From Oscillospiraceae bacterium (GTDB taxonomy: Bacteria > Bacillota > Clostridia > UMGS1810), in assembly GCA_015068705.1 (NCBI GenBank), contig SVJZ01000006.1, forward strand, positions 2,851 to 66,850: a DNA stretch of 64,000 nt, in the 5' to 3' direction. The position numbers and the translations under genes were made by a program. Under the pieces are notes generated by a model. It searched no databases, was not told the DNA's origin, and saw nothing but the letters and a program-made list of their open reading frames with translations. Shown here in pieces: positions 9,289-19,164 of this stretch. Position 1 is the first letter of the stretch; each line of letters opens with the position of its first letter.

Positions 9289-10740
9289 ATGAAATATTGT
9301 GTATTGAATCCACATGAGTACGAGAAACAGTATGGGCAGAAACTGGGGGAGATTTCCCCCTTTGATGCCGGTATACCGCTTTTGGACGTGGAAGATAAAA
9401 TCATCGAGCAGGTGTACTATTATCGGTGGAATGTGTTTTGCAAGCACATCAGAAAAACCCCCGAGGGGCATGTGATTACCGAGTTTTATCCGTCTGTTCC
9501 CTGGGCAAAAAAATATAATACCATCAACTGTCCGGCAGGGCACCATCTGTATGAGGGGCGTTGGTTGCACAATCAGGAGTACATTAACGATTATGCAACA
9601 TTCTGGTTTGAAGACCCGGAGGCACAACCCCGGCAATATAGCTTTTGGGTGGCTGATGCAATCTACAACGTATGTAAGGTGACAGATGATTTTTCGATTG
9701 CCGAAAAGCTTTATGAAAAGTTAAAAGAAAATTATGCCGCATGGGAAAAGAGCCACGGCATGGAAAACGGGCTTTTCTATCAGATTGACGATCGTGACGG
9801 CATGGAGTATTCTGCCGGTGGAAGCGGGTGCAGACCCACCATCAATTCTTATATGTATGCCGATGCGCTTGCCTTATCCCGCATGGCACAACGGATGGGA
9901 AAGGGCGAGGATGCAAAGGCTTATGCAGAAAAAGCAGCCGATTTAAAGAAAAAAATCAATTCCATGCTCTGGAATGACGAAGCGCAGTTTTTTGAAACGC
10001 TTGCCGAAGAGAAGAACTATCAATTTTCTGGTGTTCGCGAAGAGGTCGGTTTTGTTCCCTGGTATTTCAATGTGCCGGATTCTGACAAATCAGTTGCCTG
10101 GAAATTTTTGATGGACGACGAATATTTTTGGGCGCCGTATGGACCAACTACTACCGAGCAGATTTGCCCCGATTTTATGAAGGAGTTTAACCACGAATGC
10201 TTGTGGAATGGTCCTTCCTGGCCGTTCGCAACATCGCAAACGGCTACGGCATTGGGGAATCTGCTGTGCAATTATAAGCAGACGGTGATGACAAACGGAG
10301 ATTATTACAAGCTACTGCATACCTATGCCAATTCACAGTTTGACGTAAAGGAAAACGGAGAACGAGTGCCGTATGTGGATGAAAACCTCGATCCGTTTAC
10401 CGGCGAATGGATTGCCCGGGCGCAATTGCGCAAGATGGAAAAACCACCCGGCGGTGCGGACAGAGGCGAGGACTACAACCATTCTACTTTTTGCGATTTG
10501 GTGCTAAATGGTTTGGTTGGGATTCGTCCCCGTGAGGGAGAAGGTGTTTTAATCAATCCACTTTTTGATGAAGATGACCTTGCATATCTGTGTGCAGATG
10601 GGATTTTATATCACGGGAAATACATTTGCGTATTATGGGATCGAACCGGCAAGCATTACGGAAAAGGGCACGGACTTCGTATTTATTGTGATGGTGAGGA
10701 AATTTTGTGGAGCTCCAAGCTGGTCGAAGTGGAAATATAA
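9289..10740 (+). CDS. intracellular (alpha/alpha)6-barrel glycoside hydrolase, GH63 / MGH1 / trehalase-like
   Basis: Motifs: RPTINSYMYADA, EYFWAPYGPTT, LWNGPSWPFATSQ. These are typical of six-hairpin glycosidases. No signal peptide. Family assignment is by resemblance only. Confidence 0.6.
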   Translation: MKYCVLNPHEYEKQYGQKLGEISPFDAGIPLLDVEDKIIEQVYYYRWNVFCKHIRKTPEGHVITEFYPSVPWAKKYNTINCPAGHHLYEGRWLHNQEYINDYATFWFEDPEAQPRQYSFWVADAIYNVCKVTDDFSIAEKLYEKLKENYAAWEKSHGMENGLFYQIDDRDGMEYSAGGSGCRPTINSYMYADALALSRMAQRMGKGEDAKAYAEKAADLKKKINSMLWNDEAQFFETLAEEKNYQFSGVREEVGFVPWYFNVPDSDKSVAWKFLMDDEYFWAPYGPTTTEQICPDFMKEFNHECLWNGPSWPFATSQTATALGNLLCNYKQTVMTNGDYYKLLHTYANSQFDVKENGERVPYVDENLDPFTGEWIARAQLRKMEKPPGGADRGEDYNHSTFCDLVLNGLVGIRPREGEGVLINPLFDEDDLAYLCADGILYHGKYICVLWDRTGKHYGKGHGLRIYCDGEEILWSSKLVEVEI

Positions 10741-10742
10741 CA

Positions 10743-10774
10743 AAAAGGCACTTGCGTCTTCGCAAGTGCCTTTT
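10743..10774. terminator. bidirectional rho-independent terminator between convergent genes
   Basis: Perfect 14-bp stem AAAAGGCACTTGCG / CGCAAGTGCCTTTT with loop TCTT. A/T runs lie on both sides. Confidence 0.85.
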
Positions 10775-10778
10775 GGAT

Positions 10779-12098
10779 TTACGGAATTAACCGTTGGAAC
10801 CCGCTGTGACGAACCGGACCGCCGATGGCAGAGAGAACATTATCGATATCATCCGTTTTAAGAATTTGGCTCATTTGCTCAAATACATGGTCGATGGCAT
10901 TTTCATACAGTTTCATAATTTCGGGTGTGTGCGCAAGAGTCGGATAAAGACTGTCGTTGCCCAAAAATCCCTCTTTGAGCATCAGGACAGTATAGAGGGT
11001 TTTGAGTTCCTTGGGATACTTGGTATAAGCGATATGTACAAGGCAGGGAAATCCGCTTACTTTTGCAGGGATGTTGTGCTTTTGGATGAGCCTGCTCCAG
11101 ATGTCTTTCAACATGCTGCCAATTTTTTCTGCATGCTCCCACACACGGGTCTCTTCCATCTTTTTGATGGTTGCCAGTGCGGCGGTTGGGCCAACACCCT
11201 CTGTCCAGTAGGTACTGCTGATGAAGGAGTCTTCTGCACCGTGCATGGCGGATTTTGTGCCAATCACTGCGGCAATCGGGTGGCCGTTTCCGAGTGCTTT
11301 TGCAAATACCGCCATATCGGGTGTGATTCCCAGCATGCGGTGCGAGCCGCCAAAGGTGAGACGCCAACCGATGGTGATTTCATCAAAAATCAAAAGTCCA
11401 CCGGCTTTGTGAATGCCATCCCGTATATATTCCAGAAATCCTTCCTCCGGCATGGAGTTTCTGACCGGCTCCATAATAACACAAGCAAGACGATCGCCGT
11501 ACAGGCGAATGATTTGGTCAAATTCTTCTTTATTGTTATAGTGGAATGTGACGGCGGAATTGCGCAATGCCTTGGGAACGCCTGCCGGTTTTAAGCCGGG
11601 GAGCAGTTGGCCATCCAGTGCATCATTTTCGCCCAGATTTGCAGAAATATACCAGTCACTCCACCCGTGATATCCGCAGATGGCAACCATATCACGTCCG
11701 ATTGTGGCACGGGCAATTCGCACAGCGACCGCACAGATTTCTCCACCGGTACGGGCAAAACGTACCTGGGATGCCCAGGGGTGGATTTCGCAGAGTTTGT
11801 CGGCAAGTTTCACTTCCTCGGGTGAATTGAGGGTGGACATGGAGCCATTCCGGATACGGTCCATGACCGCTTTGTTTACATCCGGATCGGCATAACCCAG
11901 CAGGCATGCACCGATTCCGTTTGTGGTCATGTCATAATAATGATTTCCATCCAGATCCCAGAGTTCGCACCCTTGTGCCTTGGAAAAATATGCCGGCCAT
12001 TGGTCGGGGGCAAATTGCTCGGGACGTTTGCTGAGCAGTTGTGTTCCGCCGGGGATGTGCTCTTTTGCATGGCGGTATAGCGATTGTGTAACAGACAT
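10779..12098 (-). CDS. class-III PLP aminotransferase (glutamate-1-semialdehyde aminomutase-like)
   Basis: Motifs: ARTGGEICAVAVRIAR, ICGYHGWSDWY, LIFDEITIGWR, and FAKALGNGHP (putative Schiff-base Lys). The ORF reaches 12104; the third-codon ATG at 12098 is better spaced from the AAGGAG SD. Confidence 0.8.
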   Translation of the reverse strand: MSVTQSLYRHAKEHIPGGTQLLSKRPEQFAPDQWPAYFSKAQGCELWDLDGNHYYDMTTNGIGACLLGYADPDVNKAVMDRIRNGSMSTLNSPEEVKLADKLCEIHPWASQVRFARTGGEICAVAVRIARATIGRDMVAICGYHGWSDWYISANLGENDALDGQLLPGLKPAGVPKALRNSAVTFHYNNKEEFDQIIRLYGDRLACVIMEPVRNSMPEEGFLEYIRDGIHKAGGLLIFDEITIGWRLTFGGSHRMLGITPDMAVFAKALGNGHPIAAVIGTKSAMHGAEDSFISSTYWTEGVGPTAALATIKKMEETRVWEHAEKIGSMLKDIWSRLIQKHNIPAKVSGFPCLVHIAYTKYPKELKTLYTVLMLKEGFLGNDSLYPTLAHTPEIMKLYENAIDHVFEQMSQILKTDDIDNVLSAIGGPVRHSGFQRLIP

Positions 12099-12237
12099 AA
12101 TCATACTCCTTTCCGGATTTTACTTGCATTTTCAGGTTGGTTATATTATAATGTGGAATGGACGGGAAGTAAACGAATAAAACAGACGAAATTCACATAG
12201 ATATGATACCTTTTTTGGTTTGGAAAGGGGGAGAATC

Positions 12238-13104
12238 TTGAATAGAGATACGGTAATACGTTTGGAAATCGGCAATGTGGGGATCCATGTTTTGCTCAAC
12301 GGATTTCGTCATGCCGGATATAAAGCGGGAGAAGAGATGCACAGCCATGCATCATATGAACTGCATGTTTTGCTTAATGGCTCCGCCATCCTGGAAACCG
12401 ATAGCGCATGTGTGCCATTGCATGCAGATGATAATGTGATTGTTGTACCGGATGTATTTCATGATTTCAAAGAGCAGGAGAAGGGCTCGAGTATTGTCAG
12501 TTTTACATTTACGGTGAATATGGGCAGAAAAAAGGGGTGTGCCGACTATAGCAGGGTAATCGAAAGGCTGACACAGCAAAACGAAAACATTATGGTGGCA
12601 AATCATCCGGGCATTTCGGAACTTGTCAGAAAGATTATGGCAAATATGTATTCGGAGCATATGTTTGCATACGAAAAGGTTCGGGCGGCATTGTATATGT
12701 TGTTTGCCGAGTTGTTTTCCCAGATTATAGAGGAAGACGGAACGCATACGGCTTATGAGAGTTTTGCAGTGGAGCAGGACACGAGAATTTATATGATGGA
12801 AGAGTACTTTAATGAGTATTATATGGAGGATATTTCGTTAAAGAAACTGGCGGAACTTTTGTATCTGAGCGAAAAGCAGACCGAGCGCATGGTGCAAAAA
12901 GCATTTGGTGAGGGATTTCGTGCACGACTTACCAGAGTTCGTCTGATGAGTGCAAAAAAACTCCTGAAAGAAACCGATCTGGAAATACAGGAAATTGTCC
13001 GCAGGGTGGGGTATCAATCGTATAACGGATTTTATATGGCATTTAAAAAGAGGGAAAATTGTACACCGCAGGAATATCGTGATAAGGAGAAAAAAAGCGT
13101 ATAA
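12238..13104 (+). CDS. AraC-family transcriptional regulator (cupin sensor + HTH)
   Basis: TTG 12238 follows an AGGGGGAG SD. The C-terminal AraC HTH includes ISLKKLAELLYLSEKQTERMV and VGYQSYNGFYMAFKKRENCTPQEYR. Confidence 0.85.
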   Translation: MNRDTVIRLEIGNVGIHVLLNGFRHAGYKAGEEMHSHASYELHVLLNGSAILETDSACVPLHADDNVIVVPDVFHDFKEQEKGSSIVSFTFTVNMGRKKGCADYSRVIERLTQQNENIMVANHPGISELVRKIMANMYSEHMFAYEKVRAALYMLFAELFSQIIEEDGTHTAYESFAVEQDTRIYMMEEYFNEYYMEDISLKKLAELLYLSEKQTERMVQKAFGEGFRARLTRVRLMSAKKLLKETDLEIQEIVRRVGYQSYNGFYMAFKKRENCTPQEYRDKEKKSV

Positions 13105-13213
13105 GGTGAAAAAACAACACATTTTCTGCTCATTTTTGCTTTGTCGCTTCACTTGTAAGGCGACAGGGGAAATGCTAAAATATAAGAAAACAATATGGTC
13201 AGGAGTGTGTATA

Positions 13214-14404
13214 ATGGGAATCATCGAAAGAATCGGTGCGAAAGAAAGAGAATATGTAAATGAAGTGTTGGACGGTGGGTTTCGTTCGTCCGTAGGATAT
13301 AAAATGACCGGACGTCTGGAACGGGCATTCGCAGAAAAATTTGACAGTAAATATGCCATCGCGATTTGCAATGGTACCGCTACATTACACATTGCGTTAG
13401 AAGCAGCAGGAGTTGGCATGGGCGACGAAGTGATTGTACCGCCGCTTACCATGTCCAGCACCACCTTTGGCGTGCTTCATGCAAATGCTACGCCGGTGTT
13501 TGCAGATGTGGATCCTGATACTTTTCAAATCAGTGCGGCTTCCATCGAACAGTGTATTACTCCTAAAACAAAGGCAATTATTGCGGTATCCCTCTTTGGA
13601 CTGGCACCCGATTTTGACGCCATCAACGCCATTGCCAAAAAGCACGGACTTGCAGTGATAGAGGATGATGCACAATGCTTTTTGGGGAAATATAAAGGAA
13701 AAATGGTAGGAACACTGGGGGATATTTCCAGCTTTAGTTTTCAATCGTCCAAACATATGACGAGCGGTGAGGGAGGCATGCTGATTACCCAAAGTGAGGA
13801 ACTTGCTGAAAAAATTCGAAAATACTCTTGTCTTGGATATGCGGGTGTAAGCACCGGAAAGGGAAAAATTTCCAAGACGGATATTCAGGACCCCGACTAT
13901 TGCCGTCATGTTTCGCTCGGCTGGAATTACCGCATGAGTGATGTGTGCAGTGCAGTGGCGTTGGGACAATTGGAACATCTGGATGAGTTGGTGGATATGA
14001 GAAAACGCTCTGCAAAAATCTTTCACGATGCCATTGCCGGGAATGGGTTGCTGATTGAACAAAAAACCGATGCGGAGTATGAGAATGCATATTGGGCATA
14101 TACGGCAAAATTGGCAGATGACAGCATCTCCTGGCATGCATTTCGTGACAAATATCTGGAATTGGGCGGCGATGGAGTATATGCGGCGTGGAAGCTTACC
14201 TATCAGGAACCGTTTTTCAGAGAGATGAATTTCCTGGGAAGAGATGCGTTGCTTGGAAAGGGTGTAAGCTATACAGACGGCATCTGTCCGGTTGCGGAGG
14301 CGATTCAGCCGAGATTGATGCAGTTTAAAACCAACTATTTTGATGAGGAAATTGCAACAATCAAAGCAGAGGCACTTGCAAAAACCATCGCATATTTTAA
14401 ATAG
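13214..14404 (+). CDS. DegT/DnrJ/EryC1/StrS-family PLP-dependent sugar aminotransferase
   Basis: ATG 13214 follows an AGGAG SD. Motifs: CNGTATLHIAL, DEVIVPPLT, VIEDDAQ, and SFSFQSSKHMTSGEGG (catalytic Lys context). The upstream part of ORF 12995-14404 overlaps the AraC gene and is discounted. Confidence 0.88.
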   Translation: MGIIERIGAKEREYVNEVLDGGFRSSVGYKMTGRLERAFAEKFDSKYAIAICNGTATLHIALEAAGVGMGDEVIVPPLTMSSTTFGVLHANATPVFADVDPDTFQISAASIEQCITPKTKAIIAVSLFGLAPDFDAINAIAKKHGLAVIEDDAQCFLGKYKGKMVGTLGDISSFSFQSSKHMTSGEGGMLITQSEELAEKIRKYSCLGYAGVSTGKGKISKTDIQDPDYCRHVSLGWNYRMSDVCSAVALGQLEHLDELVDMRKRSAKIFHDAIAGNGLLIEQKTDAEYENAYWAYTAKLADDSISWHAFRDKYLELGGDGVYAAWKLTYQEPFFREMNFLGRDALLGKGVSYTDGICPVAEAIQPRLMQFKTNYFDEEIATIKAEALAKTIAYFK

Positions 14405-14419
14405 AGGTGAAGGGCATAT

Positions 14420-15199
14420 ATGAAAAATATATTTGATTTAAACGGAAAAACAGTGGTTGTAATGGGTGGCTCGGGAAATCTCGGGACAGCAGAAGTAGAC
14501 GCGGTTGCTACGTTTGGTGCAAATGTGGTAAGTGTTCATCTACCGGAAGAGAACCTTTCAGAAACCCGAAATAATGTGTTTCATGTGGATGCGGATTTTT
14601 CGGACAAACAAGCCCATCTTGCGGTATTTGAAAGGATAAAGAGGGAATTTGGAAGTATTGATGTGCTCATCAACAATGCTGCATATGGCGGTGGAAGTGG
14701 TGGAAAAGGATTGAGCCTGGAAATTGAAAATTTCCATGATGAGGCGTGGTACTCGGGAATTGACGGAAATCTAGGATTGACATTTCGCAGTATGCGGGAG
14801 GCCATTCCCATGATGAAGGAAAAGGGCGGCAGTATCATCAATATTGCTTCCATGTATGGCGTGGTTTCGCCCGACCCCGGTATTTATGGGGATAGTGGCA
14901 GCAACAGTCCGGTTACATACGGAGTGGCAAAGGCAGGGGTATTACAACTGACCAGATATGCCGCAGCACACCTTGCCAAGTATGGGATTCGCGTCAATGC
15001 CATCACACCGGGACCATTCCCGAACAAGGCAACTCTTGCAAACAAAGAATTTGCTGCAAGACTGGCAGACAAGACCATGCTCAAGCGAACCGGAGAACGC
15101 TCTGAAATGGCGGGTGCAATTGTGCTTCTGGCATCCGATGCCTCCACCTTTATGACCGGTAGCAATATAACAGTTGACGGCGGTTGGACTGCGTGGTAA
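14420..15199 (+). CDS. short-chain dehydrogenase/reductase (SDR)
   Basis: Motifs: VMGGSGNLG (Rossmann), NNAA, catalytic YGVAKAG (YxxxK), and C-terminal ITVDGGW. Confidence 0.88.
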   Translation: MKNIFDLNGKTVVVMGGSGNLGTAEVDAVATFGANVVSVHLPEENLSETRNNVFHVDADFSDKQAHLAVFERIKREFGSIDVLINNAAYGGGSGGKGLSLEIENFHDEAWYSGIDGNLGLTFRSMREAIPMMKEKGGSIINIASMYGVVSPDPGIYGDSGSNSPVTYGVAKAGVLQLTRYAAAHLAKYGIRVNAITPGPFPNKATLANKEFAARLADKTMLKRTGERSEMAGAIVLLASDASTFMTGSNITVDGGWTAW

Positions 15200-15204
15200 A
15201 ATAA

Positions 15205-15236
15205 AAACGGACTGGCATATGTCGGTCCGTTTTGTG
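15205..15236 (+). terminator. rho-independent terminator after the SDR gene
   Basis: 10-bp stem AAACGGACTG / CGGTCCGTTT (one G-U pair) followed by a T-rich tail. Confidence 0.65.
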
Positions 15237-15254
15237 CGTTTCAAAAGCGGGGTG

Positions 15255-16124
15255 ATGTGGATGAACAAACTGTTTGAATTTGAGCCGACAGAAGTGGTTT
15301 GCGATGATTTGAAAATCATTTTTATCACGGATGAAAAAATGGAGGAAACCGGAAATACCGATGTGCACATGCACTCTTTTTGGGAGATGTTTTATGTACA
15401 CGAAGGAACCCTTATCGTAGACGGTGAACAAGAACGATTTGTACTGAAGGAAAACGAATCGATCATTATTCCTCCAAACACCTATCACAACACATTATCT
15501 ACACAGGATGTTTCCAAAAAGAGTGTCTTTTTTACTTTTGAGAAGGCGAAGCCTTCCAAAGATGAAGCTTTGTTTGAGAAAGTACATGCGGCATTTTCGA
15601 GATGTGGATTTTACCGTCCGGAGAATGGCGGGTATATCGGAACTTTGCTGGGATCGGTGTTGGAATATCATGCGGGCGAAAAGATTGGCAAAACGTGGCG
15701 GATGCGTGCAGGTATAACCGAACTGATTTTTGCACTGTATGACAGTATTTCGGGAAAAGAGTTTGCAGGGGATACGCCACTTCGTGAAAACAGTACCTAT
15801 TGGGCATACAAGTATGCAATTGATCGATTGTTGGATATCAATTATACCGGCGACATCAGTTTGGATTTTTTAAGCCGGAAATTATTTTTATCGCCCCAAA
15901 ACATTACCCGTATCATTTCTTCGGCATACGGAAAAAGTTTTCACGAATTGAAACTGGAACTAAAAATGAGAAATGCCAAGAAAATGTTGGAAGAAACCAA
16001 TCTTTCGGTTGCAAAAATCGGTGAAAAGATAGGGTATTCCAGTATGAGAGGGTTTTTGACGGCGTTTTTAAAATATGAAGGGTGTACGCCGAGCGAGTAT
16101 CGGGAACGGTCCAAAGAAAACTAA
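15255..16124 (+). CDS. AraC-family transcriptional regulator (cupin sensor + HTH)
   Basis: The first ATGs downstream of the terminator are 15255 and 15261. HTH motifs: ISLDFLSRKLFLSPQNITRII and IGYSSMRGFLTAFLKYEGCTPSEYR. Confidence 0.8.
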   Translation: MWMNKLFEFEPTEVVCDDLKIIFITDEKMEETGNTDVHMHSFWEMFYVHEGTLIVDGEQERFVLKENESIIIPPNTYHNTLSTQDVSKKSVFFTFEKAKPSKDEALFEKVHAAFSRCGFYRPENGGYIGTLLGSVLEYHAGEKIGKTWRMRAGITELIFALYDSISGKEFAGDTPLRENSTYWAYKYAIDRLLDINYTGDISLDFLSRKLFLSPQNITRIISSAYGKSFHELKLELKMRNAKKMLEETNLSVAKIGEKIGYSSMRGFLTAFLKYEGCTPSEYRERSKEN

Positions 16125-16136
16125 AAAAGATGCATG

Positions 16137-16173
16137 GCACCCCTATGCTTTCTGTTGACGGGGGTGCTTTCTT
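16137..16173 (+). terminator. rho-independent terminator
   Basis: Stem GCACCCC / GGGGTGC followed by TTTCTT. Confidence 0.6.
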
Positions 16174-16214
16174 GTGATAAACTATAAGTACATTTTGGTA
16201 ATTAGGAGAGGCAC

Positions 16215-17768
16215 ATGAGTATTTTAAATGCAGAAAATATCAGCCACAGTTTTGGTGGAAGACAGATTTTGGAGGACGCCAGCTTTCGGTTGCTCAAAGG
16301 AGAGCACATTGGTCTGATTGGTGCAAATGGCGAGGGAAAATCTACCTTTTTGAAGATTATAACCGGTGAGGTACACCCGGAAAACGGTAAGGTGGAGTGG
16401 TGTCGGCATATTACATATGGTTATCTGGACCAGTATTCTACCCTCGAAAAGGGAAAAACCATCCGCGATGTATTGCGGGATGCATTTTCGCATCTTTCGG
16501 AACTGGAAGCGGAAATGATTGCCATTTATGATAAAATGGGCAGCGCAAGCGACGATGAAATGGGCGCAATGATGGAGGAAGTGGGAGAAATGCAGGAAAT
16601 CCTTGACTCCTCGGGATATTATACCATTGATACCAAAATCTCCGAATATGCAAACGGTCTGGGGCTTGGAGAAATCGGACTGGACAGAGATGTTACCGAA
16701 CTTTCTGGCGGACAGAGAGCGAAGGTGCTGCTTGCAAAAGTGTTGTTAGAAAATCCCATGATTCTTATTTTGGACGAGCCTACCAACTTTTTGGACGAAA
16801 ACCACATCAACTGGTTGACCGAATTTTTGCAAAATTACGAAAATGCGTTTATTCTGGTTTCGCATGATATGCCCTTTCTTACCAAGGTGACCAATGTGAT
16901 TTATCACCTGGAAAATACTGCTCTTACCAGATACAAAGGCACATACGAGGACTTTTTAAGAATGTATGACCTGAAAAAACAACAGGTGGAGCAGGCATAC
17001 AAAAAACAACAGAAAAAGATTGCCGATCTGGAGGAATTTGTGGCAAGGAACAAAGCCCGTGCAGCGACGGCGACGTTGGCACGTTCCAGACAAAAAGAAC
17101 TGGACAAAATGGAACGCATTAACCTGGCACCAGAGAAAATCAAACCGGTATTTCATTTTCAGGTCGACAGAACACCGGGGAGAGTGGTAATCTCTGCCAA
17201 GGAACTGGTGATTGGATACGATGTGCCGTTGACACGGAAAATTGATATCAAAATTGAACGCAACCAAAAAATTGCCATCAAGGGCGTAAATGGATTGGGC
17301 AAATCCACCCTGCTCAAAACTCTGCTGAAACTCATTCCGCCGTTGGAGGGGGAAATTGAGCATGACCAGTTTATGAATGTGGGATATTTTGAGCAGGAGG
17401 AGAGCAACTCAGACAAAACGGCATTGCAGGAGTTTTGGGATGAATTTCCCTCGCTGACCAACGCAGAAGCACGCGCAGCTCTGGCAAAATGTGGATTGAC
17501 CAACGAGCATATCACCACCCAAATGCGCGTTTTGTCTGGTGGTGAAAACGCAAAGGTACGCCTGTGCAAGGTGATGCAAAGCCCAGCCAATATTCTGGTG
17601 CTGGACGAGCCTACCAACCATCTGGACATAGTTGCAAAGGAAGAACTCGCCCGTGCAATCAAGGAGTTTCGCGGCACAGTTTTGCTGGTTTGCCACGAGA
17701 GTGAATTTTATACCGATGTGGTAGATGAGGTGTGGGATGTTTCTGATTGGAGCACCAAAATTATTTGA
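16215..17768 (+). CDS. ABC-F family ATPase (two ABC cassettes, no membrane domain)
   Basis: Walker A motifs GANGEGKST and GVNGLGKST. Signature motifs LSGGQRAKV and LSGGENAKV. A K/Q/E-rich interdomain linker (KKQQVEQAYKKQQKKIADLEEFVARNKARA). No TM segments. Confidence 0.9.
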   Translation: MSILNAENISHSFGGRQILEDASFRLLKGEHIGLIGANGEGKSTFLKIITGEVHPENGKVEWCRHITYGYLDQYSTLEKGKTIRDVLRDAFSHLSELEAEMIAIYDKMGSASDDEMGAMMEEVGEMQEILDSSGYYTIDTKISEYANGLGLGEIGLDRDVTELSGGQRAKVLLAKVLLENPMILILDEPTNFLDENHINWLTEFLQNYENAFILVSHDMPFLTKVTNVIYHLENTALTRYKGTYEDFLRMYDLKKQQVEQAYKKQQKKIADLEEFVARNKARAATATLARSRQKELDKMERINLAPEKIKPVFHFQVDRTPGRVVISAKELVIGYDVPLTRKIDIKIERNQKIAIKGVNGLGKSTLLKTLLKLIPPLEGEIEHDQFMNVGYFEQEESNSDKTALQEFWDEFPSLTNAEARAALAKCGLTNEHITTQMRVLSGGENAKVRLCKVMQSPANILVLDEPTNHLDIVAKEELARAIKEFRGTVLLVCHESEFYTDVVDEVWDVSDWSTKII

Positions 17769-17796
17769 GATTTTTGCTGAGAACTAGAGGTAGAAA

Positions 17797-19158
17797 ATGA
17801 AGTTGACAAAGGATTTTACACAAGGAAATATACCAAGGCAACTGCTGATGTTTACATTGCCCTTTATGGCATCCAATGCGCTGCAGGTGTTTTACAGTAC
17901 CATAGACATGATGATTGTGGGACGGTTTGTGGGCACGGCCGGACTTTCTGCAGTGGCGCAGAGCAGCCAGATCGTGAATTTTGCCACCATGGTTTGCTTG
18001 GGCGTTTCCAACGCCGGGCAGGTAATGGTTTCTCAGGCAATCGGTGCCGGCAAGCGTGATAGGCTTACGCCAATCATCGGGACGCTATTTTCCATCCTGG
18101 TGATTCTGGCACTGGTATTTTCGGGTGTGTTTCTGGGGTTTTGTACCCCCATACTCCGGTTGGTACAAATTCCGCAGGAATCATTCGAAATGGCGAAAGA
18201 ATATCTGGTCATTTGCGGATATGGGATGATATTTACCGCCGGATACAACATGGTTTCTGCGGTGCTACGCGGGATGGGGGACTCCAAACGACCGCTTTTG
18301 TTTATTGTGATTGCGTCGGTAACAAATCTGGTATTGGATATCTTGTTTACCGGCATACTGGGGTTTGGTGTGCCGGGCGCTGCGTGGGCAACCGTAATCG
18401 GGCAGGCGGTTTCATTTTTATTTTCCATCTATTATCTCTACCGAAACAAATACGAGTTTGGCTTTGATTTCAGAATGGAGAGTTTTCGGATGGAAAAGAA
18501 TTATGCGCGTATGATTATCAGTCTGGGTGCACCCATGGCTGTACAATCCGGATTTATCAATCTTTCCATGTTGTTTGTCAATGCCATTGTCAATCAGGTG
18601 GGTGTGGTTGCGTCTGCTACGTTTGGCGTGGGATGCAGGATTGATGATATTGTAAATAAAATATCTCAGGGAATCCAGTATGCTGCAGTGCCGATGATTA
18701 GTCAGAACATTGCCGCAAACCAGAAGGGACGTGCAAAAAAGGTGGTTTACTGGGCGCTGGTGTATTCGGTAGTGATGACGGTGTTTTTCATGACCCTGTA
18801 TATTCTGTTTGGCAAGCAGTTGTTTATGCTGTTTTCGGATGATTTGCAGGTACACGAAATGTCCGAAACATTTATTCGCGCAATTTTATGGATGTTCCCT
18901 GCGTTTGCCGTGATGCGAGGAAGTGGTGCATTCATTCAGGGAATCGGTCATGCACGGCTTACCATGGTGCTTGCTATGCTCGATGGCGTGATTTTACGCA
19001 TTGGGTTGAGCTGGCTGCTGGGTATCGGATTTGGCTGGGGATTTTATGGATTTGTATTAGGCTATGCGCTTGCACCTTACGGCTATGCCGTGCCAAGCAT
19101 GGTGTATTTTCTGTCGGGCAGGTGGGAAAAACGAAAGACACTGGCAGAGGAAATGTAG
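17797..19158 (+). CDS. MATE-family efflux transporter
   Basis: About 12 hydrophobic segments. The N-terminus matches the MATE pattern (NIPRQLLMFTLPFMASNALQVFYSTIDMMIVGRFVG). Confidence 0.85.
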   Translation: MKLTKDFTQGNIPRQLLMFTLPFMASNALQVFYSTIDMMIVGRFVGTAGLSAVAQSSQIVNFATMVCLGVSNAGQVMVSQAIGAGKRDRLTPIIGTLFSILVILALVFSGVFLGFCTPILRLVQIPQESFEMAKEYLVICGYGMIFTAGYNMVSAVLRGMGDSKRPLLFIVIASVTNLVLDILFTGILGFGVPGAAWATVIGQAVSFLFSIYYLYRNKYEFGFDFRMESFRMEKNYARMIISLGAPMAVQSGFINLSMLFVNAIVNQVGVVASATFGVGCRIDDIVNKISQGIQYAAVPMISQNIAANQKGRAKKVVYWALVYSVVMTVFFMTLYILFGKQLFMLFSDDLQVHEMSETFIRAILWMFPAFAVMRGSGAFIQGIGHARLTMVLAMLDGVILRIGLSWLLGIGFGWGFYGFVLGYALAPYGYAVPSMVYFLSGRWEKRKTLAEEM

Positions 19159-19164
19159 CAATAA

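Noticed and set aside
12995-13213. N-terminal 73-codon extension of the DegT ORF
   Set aside because: It overlaps the 3' end of the AraC gene, and its translation is basic junk. ATG 13214 has a proper AGGAG SD and gives a canonical DegT N-terminus.
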